Below, in pieces: positions 44,031 through 52,540 of a stretch of 64,000 bases of DNA. Every line of letters begins with the position of its first letter. Within the stretch, counting starts at the first letter, position 1. Below the pieces are notes generated by a model. The model had not been told where the DNA came from. It did no database searches and was given only the letters and a program-made list of their open reading frames with translations. The position numbers and the translations under genes are program-made. The DNA comes from Spirochaetia bacterium UBA2205 (GTDB lineage: Bacteria > Spirochaetota > UBA4802 > UB4802), in NCBI GenBank assembly GCA_002328585.1, contig DCUV01000032.1, positions 109,173-173,172 of the forward strand, written 5' to 3'.

Positions 44031-45087
44031 AATTGAAGGTATAGCATATAAACCTTTTTTGTGTAGAGAATTAAAGGAATACACTCTTAATGATATAGAA
44101 AGAGCGTTGAGTATTTCATCTACATTTATTATAAATATTAATCCCAATATAAAGATTGCATGTAGCTGGTGGGTTTCATGTAAAAGAACACGTTCGTACC
44201 CTTATGCACGAATATATGATTCGTTAAAATACCAGGGAAAAAAAATCACTATAATACCAATATTGAAAGATGAAGGTAAAGATGGGGACAGAGATTTTTT
44301 ACAATGGGATACAATTTCGTTGATGAGTCTATTAGGAATATATGTAATAATCGCTTATTACAATAATGCTGAGAAAAATCCAGCTTATAATAATAAAATC
44401 ACAAATCAAAGGTTTGATGTAGATCATATACTTGCTCAAATTGATACTATTATTGATTATCAATCAGATGCATTGCACTGGAATTTAAAACAAATAGATA
44501 TGGTTGTGGATATTGGAACAAAAGCTCTTGTTTCATATGAAAAAATATCAAAACAACTTGGTGTAGTCATGCATTCAAGTAGTAATGCTACAAAAAGAAT
44601 TGATGAATTAAAGAAAGGGAAGAAAAATTTCATTAACTTCTCAAGAGATTTAGCAAAAAAAGCTCAAAATAGAGAAAGTAATACCAAACAACCTAAAGAA
44701 AATTTATCAGGGATTAAAGCAAAATTGACTATTAAAAATTATTTGGGTGGTAACTATTTTTTTACCTGTGATGAAATTGAAATAAAGAATAAAAATATCT
44801 ATCTTATTGAAGGTAAACACAGCAAACAAGGCATTATACCCTCATTAGAAGATATTAAAGATGGTTTACTAAAGATGATTTTATTTACAAATCTTAAAGA
44901 AGTAAGTATTGGTAATGAGATATATTCTCACATGTCAGTTTTAAAATTAACAAGTACTATGACATTTAATTCCAATAATTTGACTAAATCAAAAATTGTA
45001 ATATTAGAACTATTGAAAAAAGAAGCCTTGACAAATAACTTTAAAATTGTAATAAATAAAACTGATTTATTACATATTGACATTTAA
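44014..45087 (+). CDS. Uncharacterised 357-aa protein coupled to the methyltransferase; candidate Type II restriction endonuclease (PD-(D/E)xK-like D...EGK)
   Basis: ORF track; 17-nt overlap with the methyltransferase stop; ~25% GC; candidate catalytic strands YFFTCDEIEI ... IYLIEGKHS; no family recognised from memory. Confidence 0.45.
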   Translation: MDVLAKIEGIAYKPFLCRELKEYTLNDIERALSISSTFIININPNIKIACSWWVSCKRTRSYPYARIYDSLKYQGKKITIIPILKDEGKDGDRDFLQWDTISLMSLLGIYVIIAYYNNAEKNPAYNNKITNQRFDVDHILAQIDTIIDYQSDALHWNLKQIDMVVDIGTKALVSYEKISKQLGVVMHSSSNATKRIDELKKGKKNFINFSRDLAKKAQNRESNTKQPKENLSGIKAKLTIKNYLGGNYFFTCDEIEIKNKNIYLIEGKHSKQGIIPSLEDIKDGLLKMILFTNLKEVSIGNEIYSHMSVLKLTSTMTFNSNNLTKSKIVILELLKKEALTNNFKIVINKTDLLHIDI

Positions 45088-45197
45088 TATAAGTCTTGGA
45101 TTCAAGTCACAAGTGCATAGTTTTTGCACAGATTACCTAAAACTTACCAGTACGATGCAGTTGTAAAGTACAAATTATATTGCAGGGAGATGACACA

Positions 45198-45554
45198 ATG
45201 AAACACATCCAATTCATTACTAGTATCGTTGCTATCCTTTTTGTTGCTTGTTCTCAGCAGATAAGCATTCAGGGTAAACCTGATGTTTTAGTAAAAAAAT
45301 ATCTCCAGGACGATTCCACCTATGTCATTATTTGCAAAGGGTATCCAAAGCCAGGCACCTCCGGCATACAGGCAATCGAAACTGCAAAGGAAGCCGCCCT
45401 ATTGAATGCTCAATATATTGCCCGAGGAATATTTTCTGAAGACGTTGATGTTGTAAAAGATGGATTGGTTGAAAAATACGATAGTAGTGATGACTATGTA
45501 ATTCTTACCTATGCAATAAAGCATCCCGATATAAAACAATATATTCAGGAATAA
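45198..45554 (+). CDS. Small lipoprotein (~118 aa)
   Basis: ORF 45180 (TTG)..45554 trimmed to the ATG at 45198 (MKHIQFITSIVAILFVAC...); signal peptide with lipobox LFVAC. Confidence 0.5.
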   Translation: MKHIQFITSIVAILFVACSQQISIQGKPDVLVKKYLQDDSTYVIICKGYPKPGTSGIQAIETAKEAALLNAQYIARGIFSEDVDVVKDGLVEKYDSSDDYVILTYAIKHPDIKQYIQE

Positions 45555-45812
45555 ATGTTAATAGTTTATCACTATAGCGTGTAAAAGTTTTATAAATTTT
45601 CCTTGAATAATTTACCGGGAAAACAGCATAGCAGGTAACAGTATTGTTGTATGGATTATCTTATTTTTTTTACTATGAATCTACGGTATATGCCTTGCAT
45701 ATATACGTCACTACCAAAGAATTAATTTTAACAATTAATGCTACCCTCTCTGCATAATAACATAATACAATAAATGAAAAAAATTAATACAAATTATCTT
45801 TTCATTAACAAA

Positions 45813-45838
45813 AGAGGGACATCATTGATGTCCCTCTT
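45813..45838 (-). terminator. Rho-independent terminator for the minus-strand small lipoprotein / queD transcript
   Basis: Perfect 12-bp inverted repeat AAGAGGGACATC-AAT-GATGTCCCTCTT (minus strand) followed by UUGUU, 20 nt after the stop at 45860. Confidence 0.6.
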
Positions 45839-45859
45839 GCCAATAAAATTGAAGTTTAA

Positions 45860-46012
45860 TTACTTCTGTGCTGGAGCTTCAACAGGAGCTTCTTCTGCTG
45901 GCTGTTCCTGAACCTGCTGTTCTGGAGCTGGTGCTTCTTCTTTTTTGCAGCCAACAAATGCTACAGCAACTGCAAATACAGCGATAAGAATAAGAGATGC
46001 AATCTTCTTCAT
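45860..46012 (-). CDS. 50-aa lipoprotein with Pro/Glu/Ala/Gln-rich tail (absent from ORF track)
   Basis: Hand translation: MKKIASLILIAVFAVAVAFVGCKKEEAPAPEQQVQEQPAEEAPVEAPAQK; AAGGAGTG RBS 8 nt upstream; lipobox FVGC; own terminator. Confidence 0.55.
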   Translation of the reverse strand: MKKIASLILIAVFAVAVAFVGCKKEEAPAPEQQVQEQPAEEAPVEAPAQK

Positions 46013-46091
46013 AATACTTTCACTCCTTTATAATAATAAAATTTATTTTATTGTTTATTACTCAACCATTAATCACGGATATAAAAAAAAA

Positions 46092-46496
46092 TCAAGTACT
46101 AATCAAAAAATTTTTTTGATATGCAGAACGACATGTTGCAGATTCCCATACCACTATACTCAATAATTTTATTTCTGTATTGTTATCTTTTGAATATTGA
46201 CCCAGTTTTATACTCATATTTTCATATATAATCCTTGACAAATGTTCTGAGCTAGGATTTAAACTTTTAAATACATCGACGTCATTTAAATTTTTATGAT
46301 CAAATTCATCCAGAACTTCTTTAATCATGGCTCTAAGATCATGGAAGTCAATCATTATTCCTATGTCATTGAGCTTTTCACCACACACCGATATTTCAAT
46401 CTTCCAGTTGTGCCCATGAATATTTTCACATCTGCCTTTATACCCTATAAGCTGGTGGGCGGCTGAAATATAATCTTCAACTGTTAGTATATACAT
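46092..46496 (-). CDS. queD: 6-carboxy-5,6,7,8-tetrahydropterin synthase (QueD/PTPS family)
   Basis: ORF 46092..46589 trimmed to the ATG at 46496 (MYILTVEDY...) after GAGGTG; Zn-binding CENIHGHNW motif; 134 aa. Confidence 0.75.
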   Translation of the reverse strand: MYILTVEDYISAAHQLIGYKGRCENIHGHNWKIEISVCGEKLNDIGIMIDFHDLRAMIKEVLDEFDHKNLNDVDVFKSLNPSSEHLSRIIYENMSIKLGQYSKDNNTEIKLLSIVVWESATCRSAYQKNFLIST

Positions 46497-46720
46497 GGTT
46501 TTTTCACCTCGCAACAATATAATAATGCATGGAGTAGTATTATAATCAAATAAACATAATTGTAAACTTGTTTTAACAATATGGAGCAATACACACCCTT
46601 ACGATACCACAATAGCACAATAACAAACTACTATCAACAGTACTGAACCATGCAATAACTATAACCAGTTAAACAATGAAATTGGCAACAATATACCTGT
46701 TGAACAATTACCTGCATATT

Positions 46721-47755
46721 TCAGGCAAGCATGGTTACTATCCTTGCAACTTTTTCTATTTCTCGTTTTGTCAGAGCAGGATACATTGGCAATGAAAACA
46801 GCTTTTTGGACAATCTATCACTATGAGGAAAATCAAGATTACGCAGTTTCATATACTGATGCAGTGGTACATCAATTGGATGATAAATCTCTATTGCATT
46901 TTTTTTAAAGTACTTATCAACAATATCAGGCTGAGCATCAAACAAAACAGGGAATGTCTGATAGGTAAAGTGCTCGCTGAAAGCATAAAAGGTACTGTGA
47001 TGGGTTTTACTCAATGCATCATAGTATATGCGAGCAATATCGCGTCTTCGCTTAACAAAATCCTTTAATTTAAGCAACTGATTTATACCCATCGCAGCGT
47101 GTACATCACTCATGCAATATTCAAATCCAGCAATATGTTCATGGGGCATTCCATTCCGTATATCGCGGATATATGAAAAATAGCGCGAATTATTGGTAAA
47201 TATCATACCGCCCATTTCCGTGGTAATCATCATTGATGGAGCAAACGATGCAACAGCAAATGATGGCGCTGTATCAAAAAGCTCGCCAGCATCCATACCA
47301 ATAGCATGGGAAATATCAAGAATGCAAGGGATTGCACTATCATTAAGGTTTAACTGTGCTGGAAAACCAAATGTATGCCCAACAACTATCGCTTTCGTTT
47401 TTTGGGTGATAGCTCCCTGTATATTTTCCTTTGATGGATGATAACAGTTTTCGGCAATATCAACAAGAACAGGAATAGCGCCAATAACATGACATGCCTT
47501 GAGCGGTGCAGCATCAAAATATGATGGAATAATAACCTCATCTCCAGCCGTAATACCCAGTGCAGTAAATATACAATGGTAAGCTCCAAAAATCGAGTTG
47601 GTAGCAAGAGCATATTTTATGCCAATAGTAGTGCTCAATGCCTGCTCAAACTGCTTCACAACAGAACCGGAAGCTAAATTATCCTGGATAAGACAATCCA
47701 GTACTCCTTCTAATTCTTTTCGTGTAATTGTTGGTTTACTCGCAACTATCTTCAT
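46721..47755 (-). CDS. DegT/DnrJ/EryC1/StrS-family PLP-fold protein (344 aa); canonical Schiff-base Lys appears replaced by Met
   Basis: ORF track; DegT fold signatures (GDEVIIPSYF, KAIVVGHTFG, DISHAIG); the segment aligning to SFHxxKxxTTGEGG reads SFAPSMMITTEMGG. Confidence 0.75.
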   Translation of the reverse strand: MKIVASKPTITRKELEGVLDCLIQDNLASGSVVKQFEQALSTTIGIKYALATNSIFGAYHCIFTALGITAGDEVIIPSYFDAAPLKACHVIGAIPVLVDIAENCYHPSKENIQGAITQKTKAIVVGHTFGFPAQLNLNDSAIPCILDISHAIGMDAGELFDTAPSFAVASFAPSMMITTEMGGMIFTNNSRYFSYIRDIRNGMPHEHIAGFEYCMSDVHAAMGINQLLKLKDFVKRRRDIARIYYDALSKTHHSTFYAFSEHFTYQTFPVLFDAQPDIVDKYFKKNAIEIYHPIDVPLHQYMKLRNLDFPHSDRLSKKLFSLPMYPALTKREIEKVARIVTMLA

Positions 47756-47901
47756 AACATATTTTTTTTAACTTTTAATCAATGGTAACCTTGCGTATTA
47801 CCTCTATTTGGTCAAGCATCATTTTTTATTTTGAAAATTAAATAAAGCAGCATTTACATAATTCCGATAATTACTATGCAGATACCCCGGATGACTGTCT
47901 G

Positions 47902-47907
47902 TATAAT
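47902..47907 (+). promoter_or_regulatory. Candidate -10 (TATAAT) for rlpA
   Basis: TATAAT ~28 nt upstream of the rlpA ATG at 47935; -35 not convincing. Confidence 0.25.
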
Positions 47908-47934
47908 TTTATGGCTTTTACAAGGAGGAAATTT

Positions 47935-48780
47935 ATGCGTAATCATCCTGTATATATAGTATGGGCGATAGTTCTCATGATCAGTCTTTTGTCATCATGT
48001 GCGCCCAACAGCGTTATGACCAAACGCAATGACACATTCACCTTTGGGCAGAATGAAGAAAATTCCACTACAAATGATTCGCCTGTTTATTCAGACATGA
48101 ATCCAAATGTTGCGGCCACAAACACTGATGAAAAATCAAACTACTATCAGGTTGGCATGGCAAGCTGGTATGGAAGAGAATTTCAAGGGAGATTGACTGC
48201 ATCTGGCGAACCATTTGACATGAACAAATATACTGCTGCTCACCGCACCCTTCCCTTTGGCAGCATCATTATGGTAACAAATTTAGAGAATGGAAAAAAA
48301 ATACAGGTTACTGTCAACGACAGGGGTCCATTCAAAAAAAACAGGATACTTGATGTATCTTACAAAGCTGCCAGAGATCTGGGTATGCTTGAAAAAGGTG
48401 AAGCAAAAGTGGGAATATCCGTAGTATCATATGGCAATGATTCGCAGCCGGGTAACAAATCCAGTGATGTTGGTGTATTCGGAGAAGCTGTTGAGGATAC
48501 TAACTATCAGGAAAACACCTATGAAAAATCAAGTATTGAAAGTGGCATTGCAATACAAACTGGAGCATTTTATTCAAAGCTCAATGCTGATAAATTAAAA
48601 GAAAAGATAGAAGGGCTTGTTGATAAACCAGTTGTAGTTGTAAAAGAAGGTTACTTTTATAAAGTTCGCATTACCAATCTTGATGACAATCAAATTAGTA
48701 AATATAGAAATATTTTAAAAAAGAATGACATTCCATCATACAAGATAAGTATAAGTGATACCAGCGGTGAGGCGCCTTGA
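47935..48780 (+). CDS. rlpA: Septal ring lytic transglycosylase RlpA-family protein with C-terminal SPOR domain
   Basis: ORF 47911.. trimmed to the ATG at 47935 after AAGGAGG (the upstream ATG overlaps the SD); lipobox LLSSC; DPBB domain (YQVGMASWYG...TASGEPFD...AAHRTLPFGS...VTVNDRGPF); SPOR-like C-terminus. Confidence 0.8.
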   Translation: MRNHPVYIVWAIVLMISLLSSCAPNSVMTKRNDTFTFGQNEENSTTNDSPVYSDMNPNVAATNTDEKSNYYQVGMASWYGREFQGRLTASGEPFDMNKYTAAHRTLPFGSIIMVTNLENGKKIQVTVNDRGPFKKNRILDVSYKAARDLGMLEKGEAKVGISVVSYGNDSQPGNKSSDVGVFGEAVEDTNYQENTYEKSSIESGIAIQTGAFYSKLNADKLKEKIEGLVDKPVVVVKEGYFYKVRITNLDDNQISKYRNILKKNDIPSYKISISDTSGEAP

Positions 48781-48797
48781 AAAAGCGCCTTTTTTAT
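48770..48797 (+). terminator. Rho-independent terminator of rlpA
   Basis: AGGCGCC-TTGAAAAA-GCGCCT followed by TTTTTTATT; overlaps the rlpA stop codon. Confidence 0.6.
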
Positions 48798-49274
48798 TAT
48801 CAGTGTACTATATTCCTAATATTTATAAATGATTAATAGTACCATTAATAATTAGTTTACAGTATTTTTTTAGATACGATTATATTCGATAGTTATCGGT
48901 AATAGATAATCAACTCCGGAAGGAGGAATCTATGAACATTGGATAAACTACCTGTATCACCATCAAACATTTAACGTTGCTTAAACTCCAATGCTGAGCA
49001 CTGCGAGCCCCCCTAAACACCTTTATCTTTCTCTTTATTAACGATTCTGAAAAGAAGTTAAATGCCGTATGCAGGCATTTAACCATATTGCTTACCGCAA
49101 ACGAAGCATCGAAAAGAACTGAAAGCAGGTGCATCGGTCAATACCATATGGGACCGCCTTCTGAAGTACTATCACCTATAAAATAAATGATAATTAGCTT
49201 GCGATCATACATCAATATTTCATATTGGATATTGGATAGTTTATTGCATAGTAATAATGTTATTTTAGCAAATA

Positions 49275-50399
49275 ATGAAAACACAGCGATTAGACTTTAT
49301 AGATTATCTGAGAGCATGGGCACTGATCATCATGATCGAAGTCCATGTTGTAAATTGTTTCATGCTCCCTCCATTGCGAAATACCATGTGGTTTGATATT
49401 CTGAATTTTATCAATGGATTGGTAGCACCAGCATTCATTTTTATTTCAGGTTTTTCTTTTATAATCGCAACGTATGGCAAAAGAAAAGAGCTTATACAAT
49501 TTGGCTCAACTTTTTTTAAACGAGTTAGCAGAATATTTTTAATTGTAATTATAGGATATTTAATCCATATCCCTTACTTTTCATTAAAAAATATTATTAT
49601 CTATGCCACCCCTATAGAAATGAATTCTTTTTATAATGCTGACGTATTACAATGTATTGGCTCAGGATTATTACTACTGCTCCTTTTGCGAATGGTAATT
49701 CCATCTGACAGACTTTATCATGGTGCTATTACATTATATGGATTAACGGTTGTTATAGCAAGTCCTTATATATGGACTATAGATTTTTCGCAATGGATTC
49801 CATTACCATTAGCATGTTATTGCAACGAACTTCATGGTTCTTTTTTCCCCATATTTCCATGGCATGGCTTTTTATTTTTAGGTGCTGCTTATGGTATCAT
49901 CTACATTAATATTCCTTCTATTAAAAAAAAGCTATTTTTTACATCATCCATTATCTTTGCCATTTCAATAAGCATTTGTGGTACATTAACTCTTCATTAC
50001 TTATTAAAAAATCAATCATTTACTATAAAACCAAGCCCTCTTTTTTTTATTACACGCTATGCTATGGTCATCACTATAATGTTTATTGTACAACTCTATC
50101 TTTCTTTGAAACAAAAGAGCCATACACTTTTAATCACAATTGGGCAGGAATCCCTGCTGGTTTACTGGTTGCATCTTCAGATTATATACAGACATATCTG
50201 GAACGGAAAATCATTGGAAGTAATTGTGAATCAACAGTTTGGTATACTGGAAAGTTTGATGGCATTTTTAGCACTTTTATCAGCTATGGTAGTATGTGCA
50301 CTAGTCTGGAATAAAATTAAGCAAAATTATCCTATGGTTGCAAAAAAAATTGTCATTGCCATAATAATGCTTGGTGGGGTTACATTTTTTTTATTGTGA
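49275..50399 (+). CDS. Multi-TM acyltransferase-like membrane protein (DUF1624 / heparan-alpha-glucosaminide N-acetyltransferase-like), low GC
   Basis: ORF track, 374 aa; N-terminal RLDFIDYLRAWALIIMIEVH pattern recalled for DUF1624; ~25% GC; four A8/T8 tracts. Confidence 0.5.
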   Translation: MKTQRLDFIDYLRAWALIIMIEVHVVNCFMLPPLRNTMWFDILNFINGLVAPAFIFISGFSFIIATYGKRKELIQFGSTFFKRVSRIFLIVIIGYLIHIPYFSLKNIIIYATPIEMNSFYNADVLQCIGSGLLLLLLLRMVIPSDRLYHGAITLYGLTVVIASPYIWTIDFSQWIPLPLACYCNELHGSFFPIFPWHGFLFLGAAYGIIYINIPSIKKKLFFTSSIIFAISISICGTLTLHYLLKNQSFTIKPSPLFFITRYAMVITIMFIVQLYLSLKQKSHTLLITIGQESLLVYWLHLQIIYRHIWNGKSLEVIVNQQFGILESLMAFLALLSAMVVCALVWNKIKQNYPMVAKKIVIAIIMLGGVTFFLL

Positions 50400-50407
50400 C
50401 TACACTA

Positions 50408-51223
50408 TCAACTCGATTGTGTAACCTGCGCTAAATAATAAATCGCCTTTTGACTGTTCCCCTGAAACAGGTAACACAGGCTTAATGATAGTAGTGATTC
50501 TGCTTCAGGTGTTGTTCTAATGTGCTTTTCCAGGTGCTTAATCTTTGACGCAATATCGCCCTTACTGTCATTAAAAATTGTTTCAGGAACTGTCGCTACA
50601 AACTCATCAAATTTTTTAAATTCTTGCTTCTGTAATGAAAAATGTATAAGTTCAGCGCTCTCATGTCTGGCACATTTCAAAATTATATCCTGTGCTATAT
50701 CTTTGAAGCGAAATGATGCGTAATAACCTTCATATTTACGCAAATAATATAATGCTCCACTATAATTTTTTTGTTCATAGAAAAGAAGGACAATGGCTGT
50801 CAACGCAACTTTATTTTCAGGATTTTTTGCCAGTACTTCCTTGAAACATGCAAGAGCTGCTTTATAGTGATTTAACTTACTAAAAGCTATACCTTTTACA
50901 AGCAAAGCTATTACAAAATCAGAGTTCAATTTTTTACATTGATTCAAAACAACTATTGCTTTTTTATACTGTCCAATCCTGAAAAAAAGAGTACCTATAT
51001 TGAATAACACAATATAATCCTCTTTAAGCTTAAGTGCTCCCATAAAGCTATCCAGAGCTTCATTGTAACGTTTCATGCGATAATACAATGACCCTAAATT
51101 TAACAAAGCTGCCCTGAAGGAATTATCCGCCGTAATAATAGATGTATATAACGTTAAAGCTTCCTGGAATTTACCGTCTTGCTCCAGTTTCAGCGCTTCT
51201 TTAAACTGTACAAGTAAATCCAT
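50408..51223 (-). CDS. TPR-repeat protein
   Basis: ORF track, 271 aa; recurrent 34-residue A/Y/L-rich TPR pattern; downstream of the GGDEF gene on the same strand. Confidence 0.6.
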   Translation of the reverse strand: MDLLVQFKEALKLEQDGKFQEALTLYTSIITADNSFRAALLNLGSLYYRMKRYNEALDSFMGALKLKEDYIVLFNIGTLFFRIGQYKKAIVVLNQCKKLNSDFVIALLVKGIAFSKLNHYKAALACFKEVLAKNPENKVALTAIVLLFYEQKNYSGALYYLRKYEGYYASFRFKDIAQDIILKCARHESAELIHFSLQKQEFKKFDEFVATVPETIFNDSKGDIASKIKHLEKHIRTTPEAESLLSLSLCYLFQGNSQKAIYYLAQVTQSS

Positions 51224-51274
51224 TGTTTATCCTTTCTTGGAATAATGTATTCTATACCATTTACTATCGACATT

Positions 51275-52339
51275 TTACTTAAAGAGGGCAACTCTATTTC
51301 TTCCCATCTGTTTTGCCTTATATAAAGCCTTATCGGTACGCGCTATGAACCCCTTGATGTCCTTATCCTTATTGGGGTCATACTGTGCAACACCTATGCT
51401 GATAGTTACATGCAAAACATCTTCCTGCCCTTTAAATTGATGTTGCTCAACCAATTTGCGCAACCTTTGAGCAACAATTCCTGCCTGCTCAAGGTGTGTC
51501 TGCGGCAAAATTACGGCAAATTCTTCCCCACCATACCGCGAAGGGATATCCATCTTACGTAAATCTTTTAAAAAAAGCTGGGACACCTCTTTTAAAACGC
51601 TATCGCCCTGCACATGCCCATGGGTATCATTGAATCGTTTAAAATGATCAATGTCACTAATTAAAAGCGATAACGGAACATTATATCGCTGACTGCGCTT
51701 CATCTCTTCCATGAGGCGGATTTCAAAATAATGATGGATATATAACCGTGTCATACGGTCAAGCGTAGACATCAAATACAGACGTGAATTTTCAACAGCA
51801 ACTGCGCCAAAGCGGGCAACATAATGTAAAAATTCTTTTTCTGAATTGGTAAATCCTTCCCCTGATATCTTTTTCCCTAAAAGCAAAATCCCCATCAATG
51901 AATCTTTTGATTTCAATGGTACTACAATATAAGGATTTAAGAATGCTATTGCTTTTAAATCCTCAAGAATATCCGGCAATTCCAATAACGTTTCGTATTC
52001 TATAGGATAAGGGTTATTAGCAAGAAATCCAATTAATGGGCTGGTTTCAAGTAATACGATACCATTCTTACATTCAGTATCATAGCCTTTGGTCATGTGT
52101 ATGTAATAGTCGTTTACATCAATATCCTTCTGCAAAAGAAGTGCAACCTGCTCTACAAACATCTGACCAATACAACTGTATAATAACGATTCAACCAGGC
52201 TTTCAAATTGCAGATTGGAAGAAAGGCTTATCCCCATTTCCAGAAGGTTGCGAAGGTCGTATACCTTTTTTTCAAGTCCTTCAAACGTTTCAGGTGTTAA
52301 TTCTGTTTCTTCAAAAAAAGTTAAGCCGTTATCTTCCAT
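51275..52339 (-). CDS. GAF-GGDEF diguanylate cyclase
   Basis: ORF track, 354 aa; active-site RYGGEEF, inhibitory-site-like RTDK, DxLT-type (DRMT) motif. Confidence 0.85.
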   Translation of the reverse strand: MEDNGLTFFEETELTPETFEGLEKKVYDLRNLLEMGISLSSNLQFESLVESLLYSCIGQMFVEQVALLLQKDIDVNDYYIHMTKGYDTECKNGIVLLETSPLIGFLANNPYPIEYETLLELPDILEDLKAIAFLNPYIVVPLKSKDSLMGILLLGKKISGEGFTNSEKEFLHYVARFGAVAVENSRLYLMSTLDRMTRLYIHHYFEIRLMEEMKRSQRYNVPLSLLISDIDHFKRFNDTHGHVQGDSVLKEVSQLFLKDLRKMDIPSRYGGEEFAVILPQTHLEQAGIVAQRLRKLVEQHQFKGQEDVLHVTISIGVAQYDPNKDKDIKGFIARTDKALYKAKQMGRNRVALFK

Positions 52340-52540
52340 GACTATTCCTTAAATTTTTCTTGTTTTTTTTATGGTGCCAATACGTTATGACTCCATTTAT
52401 GCATAGTGTGTCCCATGCATTGTATTGTTACAACAATTTGTAGTAGATTAATTTCTAAAAAAATTATATACTAATTGAAAAAAATGTCAACAATTATATC
52501 ATGGCATGATATAATTTATTCATAATTCAATATAATTTAT

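Noticed and set aside
45945-46166. 73-aa plus-strand ORF
   Set aside because: It is antisense to the 50-aa lipoprotein gene and the queD 3' end; the Thr/Ala/Asn-rich translation is an artefact.
46497-46589. N-terminal extension of the QueD ORF (MLHIVKTSLQLCLF…)
   Set aside because: The internal ATG at 46496 has a GAGGTG SD and gives a canonical ~134-aa QueD, whereas the extension has no SD and is not QueD-like.
48910-49134. 74-aa minus-strand ORF in the rlpA-acyltransferase spacer
   Set aside because: It has no RBS and an odd composition, and it overlaps the hairpin-rich AT spacer, so it is treated as non-coding.
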